Sequence record: PP261279.1
Direction: 5' to 3' (one strand)
DNA: 64,000 nucleotides
Origin: Escherichia phage ECP2303
A model generated the notes under the pieces. The model had not been told where the DNA came from and ran no database searches. It was given only the letters and a program-made list of their open reading frames with translations. Below are positions 1 through 9,950 of this stretch, piece after piece. The stretch's first letter is position 1; each line of letters begins with the position of its first letter. Position numbers and translations under genes: made by a program.

Positions 1-260
1 TCTTTTGCCCTATCCAGATAGAAATCGCTTTTCGATGCCCTATATGCTTCAATGTATCCCAGAATCAACACAGCTTGGGACTCATGCATTGCCCAATCAT
101 TATTTATCTTATTACCTGCCCACCCTGCAGCTATAAGACCATCAGGGTTTACTAGCTTATTTTGTGTAGGGGTGTTGGTAATACCTGTGTTGTTATCGAG
201 GCACTTCCTGTGCCCCTCAATCATCTGAAATACGTTATCAATGTTGTGTTGAATACGCAT
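1..260 (-). CDS. structural protein, N-terminal fragment (tail fibre or baseplate-associated); runs off the window edge
   Basis: Open minus-strand frame from an ATG immediately after the stop of the upstream gene (TAAGATG), continuing to position 1; last gene of the tail operon in view. Confidence 0.3.
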   Translation of the reverse strand, partial: MRIQHNIDNVFQMIEGHRKCLDNNTGITNTPTQNKLVNPDGLIAAGWAGNKINNDWAMHESQAVLILGYIEAYRASKSDFYLDRAK

Positions 261-261
261 C

Positions 262-930
262 TTAGATAGCTCCTGCGATAATCAGTGCCCCGTACCAAGT
301 TAACCCGTTGTCGTAGGTTTCCAACTTGAAAATATCTGTTGCACCAGCTGTAAATGTTAGGATAGGATCTCTTCCGTAGGACCATTTAACATTGTCAGGC
401 CAATAGACTTTGTTGCCGCCAGAGGTCTGAGTAATGCATACGGTTATAGTTCTCGCCACCCCTTCAAGACCTTCTGTTTGATTTTCAAAAGAGATTGTGG
501 TATTTGAAGTTAGTCGAACTTTAAAGGTATCCGCAACTTCAAGATCCATATCAAGCTGACCACCGATAGATCCGTAATCAACTATTCTGCCATAAGAAGT
601 TGCAGCAAGCTCACCAAAAACAGACCATGCATTTGCAGACACACCCCCAGCACCCTCTACAGTGGAGTCTGGGAGGATTATTTTAGGATAATCCCCGTTC
701 CACGTGTAGTAGCGCTTAGTCTCTGGGTCATAAGCAAAGTCCTTCTTGCTCTTAAGATAGCCACCCTCTGTGAAATAGACTATCTTAGTAATGCTAAGAT
801 CGTTGACAACATCGTCAATCTTAGCCTTTCTTGTCCCATCAGTCTGGTTGACAACCAAGAAGTCATCACTCAGGACTGTTTCTGCATCTTCAAGATCTGG
901 AATTGGTATTGTAGGATAAGCTACAGCCAT
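262..930 (-). CDS. tail/baseplate protein, hypothetical
   Basis: 222-aa ORF in the co-oriented tail module downstream of the baseplate spike gene. Confidence 0.4.
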   Translation of the reverse strand: MAVAYPTIPIPDLEDAETVLSDDFLVVNQTDGTRKAKIDDVVNDLSITKIVYFTEGGYLKSKKDFAYDPETKRYYTWNGDYPKIILPDSTVEGAGGVSANAWSVFGELAATSYGRIVDYGSIGGQLDMDLEVADTFKVRLTSNTTISFENQTEGLEGVARTITVCITQTSGGNKVYWPDNVKWSYGRDPILTFTAGATDIFKLETYDNGLTWYGALIIAGAI

Positions 931-939
931 GATTTCTCC

Positions 940-1656
940 TTAGTTAACATCAATAGCACGACCAGACTGGTTGGCAATGGCCTCATCATTGGAGGTAGCA
1001 ATAACACCAGAGTATTCGCGCTCATCTGGAGCAAGCGTCCAGGTATTGCGGTTAATGGTTTGTTCTGCCTCAGTCATCAGCAGATCTTTATCCTGAGTCA
1101 ACAGAGAGCCTACAGGGATCGGGTTTTCCATCTCAGGACCAGCATACTGGTTCCACCATGTGGCATCTCCGGTTCTAGGCAATCTGAAGTTGATCAGATA
1201 GTACAGTTTATTAGCCCACTTAATCCAACCCTCATCATCACAGAGAGAGGTTGTCCCAGAATCAGGCTGTGGGTAGGTGAACTGATCAAGACCTACGAAA
1301 GCCAGCCTTACAATCTCGTTCTCTTTGGTAACAACCTCAAAGAACGCTTGGTATGTTCTCGATCTTCGATCCATGGTAGACTGGAAGTTTATGATGTTTA
1401 GCACATCCGGCTCTTGTCTTGCCACTTCCATAATCTTGTTATCAAGAACAGTCTTCATGACCTTCTTACTGAGAAAGTCCATATAAGGGAAGCCAAACAA
1501 CTCGTCAAAGTACCAGCTCCCCTTCCACGTATTAAACCTCATCCACAAGCGCTGGCGCAGACTTACTTGGTTTGAATCTATCAACTCAAGACCTTTGTCT
1601 ATCGCCAAATCGCCTGTCTGTGGGTCCATCAATATATCACTATAAAGCGTAGCCAT
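940..1656 (-). CDS. baseplate protein, hypothetical
   Basis: 238-aa ORF, tightly packed in the tail module. Confidence 0.4.
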   Translation of the reverse strand: MATLYSDILMDPQTGDLAIDKGLELIDSNQVSLRQRLWMRFNTWKGSWYFDELFGFPYMDFLSKKVMKTVLDNKIMEVARQEPDVLNIINFQSTMDRRSRTYQAFFEVVTKENEIVRLAFVGLDQFTYPQPDSGTTSLCDDEGWIKWANKLYYLINFRLPRTGDATWWNQYAGPEMENPIPVGSLLTQDKDLLMTEAEQTINRNTWTLAPDEREYSGVIATSNDEAIANQSGRAIDVN

Positions 1657-1668
1657 GAAAGCCCTCTA

Positions 1669-2346
1669 TTAGTGCGGTCCACTTGTCTCGCCATCAGGGC
1701 AAGAGTGGGTATGACCTTTATATTCTGCATAGAATGAATCCAAATCCACACCAGCAGCAGTTATAATTCTACCAGATGGGTCTATTGTGGCACCATTCAT
1801 TCTGATATTTCCATCCACAGCAGCTCGCAAATTGGCAGCCCCGTTAGTGAAAGAAAACTCCCCGCTACTGTCGCACCGTAATGTCCCACCAGGTGTTTGA
1901 AGCTCAAAATCGCCAGAAGGTGTCAGTTTAAAATAAACCATATCATTCCATAACTCTACGTTATCAGGATCGATCTGTAAAGCGTTTGAGTCTGAATGAA
2001 CAGAGGTGATTGCCCACCCTGGAAACAGGCCGTGAGTTTGTTGATCGTCGTTATTGTTTTCATTTCTCTCTGAAAACTGCAATCCTACAACATCCCCAGC
2101 CTTAATAGGAAGTGTTAACCTTGCCTTTCCGCTGTTTGCAGACATCACCTGAATTGGAACGTCATAGATAAGAGGGTATCTCTCCACATCCCCGTCATCA
2201 AACGTGGTTTCAGCTATTGGCTGCACGGCTGCAGAAGGTATACTGTAGTCAACACTGACAACTCTGGCCCTGATACTGGTGTGATAGTCCCTCATTATTT
2301 TTTCTATAAAGGATCTTACAGCAGCATCTTTCCTATTTATTGCCAT
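1669..2346 (-). CDS. baseplate spike / gpV-like protein
   Basis: 225 aa with a C-terminal GHTHS (HxH) motif as in P2 gpV / Mu gp45-type spikes; position after the hub-like gene. Confidence 0.45.
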   Translation of the reverse strand: MAINRKDAAVRSFIEKIMRDYHTSIRARVVSVDYSIPSAAVQPIAETTFDDGDVERYPLIYDVPIQVMSANSGKARLTLPIKAGDVVGLQFSERNENNNDDQQTHGLFPGWAITSVHSDSNALQIDPDNVELWNDMVYFKLTPSGDFELQTPGGTLRCDSSGEFSFTNGAANLRAAVDGNIRMNGATIDPSGRIITAAGVDLDSFYAEYKGHTHSCPDGETSGPH

Positions 2347-3344
2347 TATACCTCCTCAGTTTTGTCAACAACTCCACCCACTGTTTCCCCAAGGCCAAGC
2401 TCTGTAGTGTAATCACCGCCTTCTATGGTGCCCTTATGATGCACCGTGATCACCTTATAGAAGCCTGTATATTGCCTGCTTTTAAGATAAATAGTGGACT
2501 CTGGGAGGATAGCTCCGTTAAGGCATGTGGTTACAGTAAGGCCAACATCCTCTCTCGGGTTTTTCTTTTTCTTACGTGTGCCACCTTTCGCAGCAGCTTT
2601 AGCTTTTCGCTTTTTAGCAGGTTCTGGGTTTTTAGGGGTAGGTGATCCGTGCATCCCAGACTCTGCACTTATTTCAAACACAGAGTCTTTAAACCTTTTT
2701 CCAACCTTAGTCCAATACAAAGCCCCATCCTGAACGCTAAATGTGGAGTTGGTCAGCCTTGCAAACCTGCGGAGGTTCTCTGCAGTGTTTCCAGAGAAAG
2801 CCATAGAGTATTGCAAAGTCTGGTTTCCAAAACCAACAACCCTACCTTTTGGCAAGTTCATATCCTTCAGCAGGTCATTAAGCACAGAGTTCAGAGGTGT
2901 ACCTTTCTGATAAGATCTTGTGCTTTGGCACTTAATGATGTTCTCAGTGCCATCCCCAAAGATGAACTTAGTTTTTCTGGTCGGGCCTTCCCATCTGTCC
3001 TCAACAAACTCTACAGTTCCAGAGAATATCAACTGGTTCTCATTGTCATAGCCAGCCTCAAACATAACTGCAAGAGCATCAGCTTGATGCATATCCAGAT
3101 AGTTAACTGTATCGTCAGACAGGTTGTAAACTGTCACATAGCCTTTGTTTGGCTCTTTGGTATTGTCCTTTTGTATGTCAAACTCTATATTGGCAGCACC
3201 AGTGTCCGAGCTAATCTCATAAACTCCGGAATCACTCTCTCCTTTCTTTTCAACAGATTTTGGGATATTGGTTTTTGATTTACCGCCATGCTCTACAGGA
3301 CGACCAAATAATAATCGCCATGTTCTACGTCTGTACTCTGCCAT
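2346..3344 (-). CDS. baseplate hub-like / tail protein
   Basis: 332-aa ORF downstream of the tape measure with a basic KKRKAKAAAKGGTRKKKK patch; call is by position only. Confidence 0.35.
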   Translation of the reverse strand: MAEYRRRTWRLLFGRPVEHGGKSKTNIPKSVEKKGESDSGVYEISSDTGAANIEFDIQKDNTKEPNKGYVTVYNLSDDTVNYLDMHQADALAVMFEAGYDNENQLIFSGTVEFVEDRWEGPTRKTKFIFGDGTENIIKCQSTRSYQKGTPLNSVLNDLLKDMNLPKGRVVGFGNQTLQYSMAFSGNTAENLRRFARLTNSTFSVQDGALYWTKVGKRFKDSVFEISAESGMHGSPTPKNPEPAKKRKAKAAAKGGTRKKKKNPREDVGLTVTTCLNGAILPESTIYLKSRQYTGFYKVITVHHKGTIEGGDYTTELGLGETVGGVVDKTEEV

Positions 3345-3724
3345 TATTCTAACCCTTGCTGTTCCTTGTAAAGATCAACTGGGGTGCCGTATACAAGCTG
3401 TAGCTCGGATCTTGCTCCAAGGTTGTATCTTCCAACCCTGCCCCAATATTGATCATCTTTAAACGACAGCGCCATCAATCTACCTTTCGGTAAATCGTCT
3501 CTGTAATGCAGTCCGTCTAAGATATCTTGACAAGCTGTTACTTTTCTGGTTACTAAAGGGCTGTCACCTACCGGACCAAGGGATAACCACCAAGACTCAT
3601 CCCTCTCATTCCATTGCATACGCATTTCATATGTTTCATTGTCTAAAACAACACGCATGGTTTGATCAGGAAAGCCGTCAATGTCCCACACAAAGGTGAT
3701 TATGCACCAATCTTTAAGCTCCAT
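3344..3724 (-). CDS. tail protein, hypothetical
   Basis: 126-aa ORF, start overlaps the upstream stop (translational coupling) in the tail module. Confidence 0.4.
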   Translation of the reverse strand: MELKDWCIITFVWDIDGFPDQTMRVVLDNETYEMRMQWNERDESWWLSLGPVGDSPLVTRKVTACQDILDGLHYRDDLPKGRLMALSFKDDQYWGRVGRYNLGARSELQLVYGTPVDLYKEQQGLE

Positions 3725-3736
3725 TACACGCTCCCC

Positions 3737-4648
3737 TTATTTTCCGTTAACTTTGTTGTAGTTTCCCTGCTCAGATGGGACTATGGTAGAAGGTCTTCCA
3801 TATTCCTGGTAATACCAATCCGCAGCAGATTGGGTAACACCGTTTTCATCTGTCCACATCATAGATTTGTATGGCTGCCACTCTTCTGCAGCATTTGTGG
3901 ATGCAGTGTCTGCAAATGCCCCTGTGTCCCTCTTGTTACCTACGTTACTGCCATTCTTACAATCGTTGACAGCACCTTTTTGCTGGGTCTTGCCTACTTT
4001 CTTAGGGTTGCTGTATACAGTTGCATTAACAACCTTGTTCAAGTAGAATGTGCGGAACTCTGTAAGTTCTACATCAAACACCATCGCAGCACCTTCACCA
4101 ACAGACTTGTTGGCAGAAAGACTGGTTATGATGTAGTTCTCAAGGAGCCTCTCCTCGGTAACCAAAGAAACCAACTGGCGCTTATTAATGATCTCAGTCA
4201 AAGCCTCCAGTGCAGCGCCTGGTCGCATAGATGCTGCAGGGTTTTTAGAGTCAGTATTCCTGTCAATGTAGTTTTGCTCATAGATTATGTGTGGTGATGT
4301 ATTTACCCTACCAGTAAAAGAAAATACACCATCTTTAATTACAGCGTGGTCTGACAGGGTAGATTTATCTTCCACCGCAAAATCAGTCTTATCAACAGAA
4401 TGTTTGAAAGAGTAATTCTCAATCTGATCGAAGATGATGGCAAGATCGTTAGTAAAGTTTTTGCCCTTCATCTCCGTATTGCGACCACCATAGTTAAGAC
4501 CGCTGACAAACATAGTGTACTTTACATCGCTTTCAGTTTGTTGCTCTGCCTTTTCAGCCTTTGGAGATTTAACCTCTTGAGGCTTGTACAGGTCTTTTTC
4601 ATCAACTATATTGCTTGGCATAACCTCTCCAGGACACTCCGATACCAT
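3737..4648 (-). CDS. tail protein, hypothetical
   Basis: 303-aa ORF immediately downstream of the tape measure gene and its terminator. Confidence 0.4.
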   Translation of the reverse strand: MVSECPGEVMPSNIVDEKDLYKPQEVKSPKAEKAEQQTESDVKYTMFVSGLNYGGRNTEMKGKNFTNDLAIIFDQIENYSFKHSVDKTDFAVEDKSTLSDHAVIKDGVFSFTGRVNTSPHIIYEQNYIDRNTDSKNPAASMRPGAALEALTEIINKRQLVSLVTEERLLENYIITSLSANKSVGEGAAMVFDVELTEFRTFYLNKVVNATVYSNPKKVGKTQQKGAVNDCKNGSNVGNKRDTGAFADTASTNAAEEWQPYKSMMWTDENGVTQSAADWYYQEYGRPSTIVPSEQGNYNKVNGK

Positions 4649-4685
4649 CTAAATATTGTATCATAAAATAGCCGTTTTTACAACA

Positions 4686-4714
4686 CCGATAAAATAAAGG
4701 GGGCCGGAGCCCCC
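4686..4714 (-). terminator. intrinsic terminator-like hairpin after the tape measure gene
   Basis: GGGGGC-CGGA-GCCCCC stem-loop followed on the minus strand by a T-rich run (TTTATTTTAT). Confidence 0.6.
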
Positions 4715-4727
4715 TGTGTGCTGTTTA

Positions 4728-7067
4728 TTACCAAAGATCTGTTGACATAAAGTTAATATCCTTGTTGTTCTCCCACTCAAGTTTTGCATCAAGTATTTTG
4801 CTAAACTCCCCCTCATCTATTGAAATCGTGATTTTACCATCACTAATCTCTAAAGGGAGCATTTCCATAGTTCTTAATTGAGAAGCAAAACCAGGGCCAC
4901 CGGGCAACGGAAGAGTCCCTCCCGGTAAGGTGTCCAAAGGATCAACAAACCCGTTACCTCCAGATATGATATCTTTGCGAATCATATCGCTGATAGTATC
5001 CAGTTGCTGATTTCTCTCACTCAGTGGGTTGAAACGGTCATTAAATAACTCCCCGGCGCTTAATATTGTACCGATAATACCAAGCTTACCAAGCAGGCCA
5101 ACTTTACCACCAGGTGTCTTGAGGCCACCTCCCCCTTTTCCTGCCGCACCACCACCAGATCCTTCTGTGGTAGCTGCACCTGCACCTGCTGCTCCAGCTG
5201 CACCTCTTATAGAACTAAGGAATTTGAAGGTTTTTACAAGCATAGATGCCATGACAAAACCTTTTGTCAGGGCGTTCACTACCAGCATAATGGCAGCAGC
5301 AAACCCTGCCCATTTAGCATAGCTAAAGGTGTCATTAAGCTCTTCAGAATATTCCTTCGTCTTAGCTGTTATGAGTCCCCATTTAATCCCCCATTCAAGG
5401 AAAAACATGCGGATCTTGACTATGGTATTGTTTAGTTCACCAACTACCCAGTTGAGACCTCTCACAAAACCACTAACAAAATCACCAGAGGCATCCCACA
5501 CAAATTGCAAAGTCTCACCAGTGCGAATCAGTGTATAATAGAACTCTGTTAGTTCATCAGCCCAACGGGTGAATAGTTTCTGACGAGACAGTTCAATGAA
5601 GGTTTTCAGTCTGTTTTCTGCCAGTACGTTAGACTTCTGCATTCTTTCATAACCAGCTGCAGATGCCTCGTTCATGTACTTAGCCACATACTTCATGATC
5701 TTGGCTGTCTTAACCTCACCTTTCTTCATCATGTCCATGAACTGATCCATGGATAGTTCAGAAAGACCAAAAGCCTCTTTGGTGGCTTTGATAAAAGGTT
5801 CGTATGCACCAGGCAATGCTTCAGCAAGTTGTTGCTTCAGTTCTTCGGACATTACCTGTCCTTTACCGAGCATTTGCTGGATTGCCATGATGCCACGCTG
5901 GTATTTTACCTCATCTGCACCGTAAGCAGCAGCATACTGTGAGTATGCAGAGAATAGCTCATGCACCTCTTGATTTGTCATCTGGTTTTTGGCGTTTACC
6001 GCCATCTGGGCGTAACCTTGAAGACCAGATTTGAGATCAAAACCAAGACGCATAGCCTCTTGCTGGACAAACGCAACCTCACTGTTGGCTTTGTTTGGAT
6101 CTCCAGTAACAGCAGTAAGAGCAGCACTTGCCCCCTCCATCATGTGACCAGATCTGTTCACAGCAGTAAATCCAGAGAAAGCCGTATACGCAGCTGTTGC
6201 ATTAATAACAGACCTACGTAAGTCTCTCATGGCATCACCAAGTGTAAGCGTTTGGCTGGTGGCGCTTTTAAATCCAGACTGCAGAGCTGACAGGTGGGCG
6301 TTAAAGGTTGACTTTTTCATCTCTCCGCGAGCAAACCTGGACTCTAACTCTGAGTATCCTGGCAAGCTTCCACGGAATCCGGCCCCATACTTGGCAGAAA
6401 GTCTTATCGCAGAGTTGTAGAGGTGGGTTCTCCTTGCCTCACGATCCGACATAAGCTTATTATCCATACCAGCTTTACTGTCTCTTCTTAGCTGCCTATG
6501 ATAACGATTCATAGCGGCTGTCTGAGCTTTCACAAGGTTAGGGTCGGAAGCCACACCACCCATATTAGGGTTACCTGGGATATACTTGAAAGATTTGGCA
6601 TTAGCCAAAACTCTTGCCTTAGGTGCCTTATAACCGCCGTAAGACACTGGTGCAGATTTGGTAGCCTTTTTGGCCTCTTTAGCTTGCTGCTGGTAGAACT
6701 TACGCATCCTAGCCATTTCTGGATTTTTAGCGGTAAGATTACCCACAGCTTGTTTACGTCTCGCGTTCTCCCTACGTTCTATTGCAGCCCTTACTGCAGC
6801 CTCTTTCTTGGCCTGTGCTACGCTCTCCCTGTGCAGTTTAGCATTTGCCTGATATTGCTGTCTGGCAACCCGCTGCATTGTTTGCTGGGTTTTAACAGCC
6901 ACTGCCTGCCATCTACTCATTGGGTTGGCTGAGTTAAAATCCTCGCCCAGTTTCCTGAACTCCCTCCCAATACTGCGAATTTTCTCTACAGCTTTTTTGT
7001 AGGAGGAGTTCTCTATCTCAAAGCCAATCTTGTTGACTGTTGTGGCAACTATTTTGTTTGTAGCCAT
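4728..7067 (-). CDS. tail tape measure protein
   Basis: 779 aa, long helical/Ala-rich protein with a Gly-rich segment, located directly downstream of the tail chaperone pair. Confidence 0.8.
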   Translation of the reverse strand: MATNKIVATTVNKIGFEIENSSYKKAVEKIRSIGREFRKLGEDFNSANPMSRWQAVAVKTQQTMQRVARQQYQANAKLHRESVAQAKKEAAVRAAIERRENARRKQAVGNLTAKNPEMARMRKFYQQQAKEAKKATKSAPVSYGGYKAPKARVLANAKSFKYIPGNPNMGGVASDPNLVKAQTAAMNRYHRQLRRDSKAGMDNKLMSDREARRTHLYNSAIRLSAKYGAGFRGSLPGYSELESRFARGEMKKSTFNAHLSALQSGFKSATSQTLTLGDAMRDLRRSVINATAAYTAFSGFTAVNRSGHMMEGASAALTAVTGDPNKANSEVAFVQQEAMRLGFDLKSGLQGYAQMAVNAKNQMTNQEVHELFSAYSQYAAAYGADEVKYQRGIMAIQQMLGKGQVMSEELKQQLAEALPGAYEPFIKATKEAFGLSELSMDQFMDMMKKGEVKTAKIMKYVAKYMNEASAAGYERMQKSNVLAENRLKTFIELSRQKLFTRWADELTEFYYTLIRTGETLQFVWDASGDFVSGFVRGLNWVVGELNNTIVKIRMFFLEWGIKWGLITAKTKEYSEELNDTFSYAKWAGFAAAIMLVVNALTKGFVMASMLVKTFKFLSSIRGAAGAAGAGAATTEGSGGGAAGKGGGGLKTPGGKVGLLGKLGIIGTILSAGELFNDRFNPLSERNQQLDTISDMIRKDIISGGNGFVDPLDTLPGGTLPLPGGPGFASQLRTMEMLPLEISDGKITISIDEGEFSKILDAKLEWENNKDINFMSTDLW

Positions 7068-7085
7068 GCTTTCCTCATAATAAAA

Positions 7086-7117
7086 AGGGCCAGATCCCAG
7101 AAAAGGAATCCGGCCCT
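7086..7117 (-). terminator. hairpin with T-run between chaperone and tape measure genes (terminator or attenuator)
   Basis: AAGGGCC...GGCCCTT dyad with an extended stem, followed on the minus strand by TTTTTAT. Confidence 0.45.
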
Positions 7118-7121
7118 TAGA

Positions 7122-7489
7122 TTATCCTCTCCTGCGCTTAGCTTTCGCAGCAGCTGCGGCAGCCTTCTGCTCCCGCTCCATTTCCCTGTTTTGGACGGTA
7201 TCTAGGAATTCTTCGATATCAAGATACTCACAGAGCTTCAGGAAATACGCCATATCTGCAAGATTTAGCGATTCAAAATTTTCCCCTTTGAAATTCTTGA
7301 GCACCCTGCACCAAAGAAAGTCGAACCAGTTAAGTGAACTGTTCTTAGCTGCCCACTCACTGGCCCTCACAACAACCTTGCTTATTCCTGCTCTTCCGGA
7401 GTCTGATCCAGATTGTTCACCTGCTGGATCATACCCATCTGCTGTAACATCTCCAGAAGGCTTCCTAAACCGTCTTGTGTGAAAAAACA
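7122..7489 (-). CDS. tail assembly chaperone -1 frameshift extension (lambda GT-like)
   Basis: The -1 frame opens just upstream of the slippery site and stays open to 7122; a shift at 7483-7489 fuses the first ~120 aa of the chaperone to this frame. Confidence 0.55.
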
Positions 7490-7855
7490 GCCGTAGTTAA
7501 CCTCCAGAACCTTACCTGCCAGCTTAATCATCTCCAGCAGATGCCCTGCAAACACAACATCAGGGTTAAGCTTATCCACACCATCCACGGTAATATCTTC
7601 GAACAAGATTTTAAATAACTCTTCAATAGAGTTATCATCAAGTTCTTGGAACAGGTAAGCTAGGGCTGTAGGAAGGACCTCTGCCATATTCTGACCGCCT
7701 GAGAGAATAGATCCACCGATAGCACCTAGCGGGACAGCCACAATCTTACCGATTTTAGGCATGTTTTTCATTGCTTTCATCGGTCCCCAGTGGGTGATCA
7801 CAAAGTTGTGCCCTGCTAAATCAATCTCTGTTGTAGGTCTAAAGTTTATAGCCAT
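7382..7855 (-). CDS. tail assembly chaperone (lambda G-like)
   Basis: 157 aa, acidic C-terminus, between tail tube and tape measure; contains the slippery heptamer near its 3' end. Confidence 0.6.
   Translation of the reverse strand: MAINFRPTTEIDLAGHNFVITHWGPMKAMKNMPKIGKIVAVPLGAIGGSILSGGQNMAEVLPTALAYLFQELDDNSIEELFKILFEDITVDGVDKLNPDVVFAGHLLEMIKLAGKVLEVNYGCFFTQDGLGSLLEMLQQMGMIQQVNNLDQTPEEQE
7483..7489 (-). other. -1 programmed ribosomal frameshift slippery heptamer U UUU UUC
   Basis: Minus-strand ...GGC UGU UUU UUC ACA... in the chaperone zero frame; the -1 frame has a stop just upstream (7497-7499) and is open downstream. Confidence 0.6.
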
Positions 7856-7968
7856 TTTATAGCATCCTTATTAGTCATGTTGTGCACCATATTTGTGTAT
7901 TTTACCATGATTACGGTGCATTGTCAATTTAACCTTTCAAGCAACTCAAGAACGTGTGTCAAAACCAT

Positions 7969-8003
7969 AAAAGCAAAAAGCCCCACCCGAAGGTGAGGCC
8001 TAT
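7969..8003 (-). terminator. terminator-like hairpin after the tail tube gene
   Basis: Imperfect CCCCACC-CGAA-GGTGAGG stem-loop followed on the minus strand by CTTTTTGCTTTT. Confidence 0.45.
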
Positions 8004-8017
8004 GCTAAAGTGTGCCC

Positions 8018-8491
8018 TTAGATAATACCTGCAAGACCTGCGAGGCCAGTGAGAGCACCAGTGATGTTGTCACGGTTGAGCCATGCATCCAGAATACCGA
8101 TATCCCAGTCCAGCTGACCTACTTCGGTTCCGTAAGTTAGGTCAGGCTGTTTCTGGATCCAACCGATTGTAGCAATGCCAGGGCCCTGGCTACCTTCCAG
8201 CAGAACCGGGAAGAATACCAGACCAGTAATAGATGCCTGTTTCTGCCAGTCAGAAAGGTAAGCGTTCCATACAGAAGTGTTCTGCAAGGATACAGTCATA
8301 ACACCAGATTGGTTACGAGACAGAGCTGCAGACATTTCACCATCCACACCAACGTGAGGGTAGATGTTGTCTTCGTTTCTTGAAACAACGATCTTGGTGT
8401 CAGCAGCGAAGCCAGTGACACGCTGCTGCATCAGATACAGTTTGACCTTTTTAGGGTCATACGCATAAGGAGTTAAAATTTGAGTTTCCAT
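8018..8491 (-). CDS. tail tube protein (putative)
   Basis: 157 aa, immediately downstream of the putative sheath gene and upstream of the chaperones. Confidence 0.5.
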   Translation of the reverse strand: METQILTPYAYDPKKVKLYLMQQRVTGFAADTKIVVSRNEDNIYPHVGVDGEMSAALSRNQSGVMTVSLQNTSVWNAYLSDWQKQASITGLVFFPVLLEGSQGPGIATIGWIQKQPDLTYGTEVGQLDWDIGILDAWLNRDNITGALTGLAGLAGII

Positions 8492-8501
8492 CTAGTCTTC
8501 C

Positions 8502-9878
8502 TTATTCAGTCATTGCAACAGCATTGGTGGATTTAGAACCAACTTTGTCCAGAAGGACGTTGATCCGGATACGAACGAAGTGCAGGGCGTTGTTATACAC
8601 CAGTTCTACTTTCACACCTTCCAGAACACGAGCAGCCAACTGATTGGTTGGGATTTCTGCACGTTTAGGAACTGTGATGATCGGGTCGTAGAATACATTA
8701 TTGTCTTCGTCAAAACCTGTCAGGATCGCACCATTTTTAATGCCAGTATTGATCGGGTTGTTCATCAGAACAGACTTGATAACCGGAAGATCATCATCAG
8801 ACATCTTCATGCTTAAGCCCATATTGGAGCGGCGATGCATGTACCCAAACATGGACTCTTCAGATCTGAACTTGATCCAGTGTGCAAAACGGATAGCGTC
8901 TGCATACTGACCTGAAGCACACTTACCTTCCCAGAAAGCGCCAACACCGTTAATCATTCTATAGAAGTTAACGTGGTTTTCCCAAATCGCCATACGCTGA
9001 GTTAAAGTCAGGGATGGTGCAATAACGCCCGGCATCTGTTTTAAATGCAAGCTGTCGCCGTAAGACGGATCGTTGGATGCCATAGCGCCTACGATACCAC
9101 CCTCTGGAAAATCTTTATCCGCACGAGGATCGTACATGCCGACACTATCATATTGTGCAGCCATCAGTTTGGTGGCGATGTTATTTTCTTTGCCAGTCAC
9201 ATCTTCTGCAGTAGAATAGACATGGAGCTTGTAGTTAGCCTGAGCCCACTTAGCACATGCTTCAATGTCGGTGTGGTCTTCATGGCACAGGAAGTACCAA
9301 TTATCACGCTCAGCATTGATCTTATCAACTACTGTAGAAGGTTTTTCAGAATTGGCGATATTTTTGATTGTATAGTTACCAGTATGATAACCAACAGTGC
9401 AGTCACCAGTGATGGTAATAACACCTTCAGAAGCCTCTACAGTGATATCGTTCAAGTTATCATCTGCTTCGATTTTAGTCTTCATTGATTCTGCAATCTG
9501 AGTTGCACCTGTTCCACCAGAGATAGGTACTATCAGAGAAGTATTGTAGCCACCTTTTGCAATGGTCATTACGACATCGGTATCAGCTGCGGCAGCAATA
9601 CCTTTAAAATCTACAGTGGTTTTTTCTTTAGCCTGTCTGCCGATCATAACGTATTGTGGAGGGAATACACCGCCGAAAGCTTTTGCTGCAAACTCATACG
9701 CTGCAGAGCCTTGTGCGAAACCGTCTTCCACCATCTGGTCCAGCTCCGCATACACGCGAGCTCGCTCAGTAAAGTTGTTGTGGATAGCGATGAACAGCGG
9801 GGTTTCGAAACCTACAGTGTCAATAGGCTGGGTTCCGAGGTTAACTGTAACATCTACCACTTTATCTAAATATGGCAT
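8502..9878 (-). CDS. tail sheath protein (putative)
   Basis: 458 aa, first large gene of the tail module, directly followed by the tube gene; call is by size and order only. Confidence 0.5.
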   Translation of the reverse strand: MPYLDKVVDVTVNLGTQPIDTVGFETPLFIAIHNNFTERARVYAELDQMVEDGFAQGSAAYEFAAKAFGGVFPPQYVMIGRQAKEKTTVDFKGIAAAADTDVVMTIAKGGYNTSLIVPISGGTGATQIAESMKTKIEADDNLNDITVEASEGVITITGDCTVGYHTGNYTIKNIANSEKPSTVVDKINAERDNWYFLCHEDHTDIEACAKWAQANYKLHVYSTAEDVTGKENNIATKLMAAQYDSVGMYDPRADKDFPEGGIVGAMASNDPSYGDSLHLKQMPGVIAPSLTLTQRMAIWENHVNFYRMINGVGAFWEGKCASGQYADAIRFAHWIKFRSEESMFGYMHRRSNMGLSMKMSDDDLPVIKSVLMNNPINTGIKNGAILTGFDEDNNVFYDPIITVPKRAEIPTNQLAARVLEGVKVELVYNNALHFVRIRINVLLDKVGSKSTNAVAMTE

Positions 9879-9950
9879 TTGTTTCCTCTTAATATCTGTG
9901 CACGGATATCAAACACGCAGTGTAATCATTACACTACACAATTATAACGA

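Noticed and set aside
5029-5322. Pro/Ala-rich plus-strand ORF inside the tape measure gene (and similar antisense ORFs at 5961..6221, 6498..6932, 9045..9488)
   Set aside because: Antisense to long, well-supported minus-strand genes; the low-complexity translation reflects the Gly/Ala-rich coding strand opposite.
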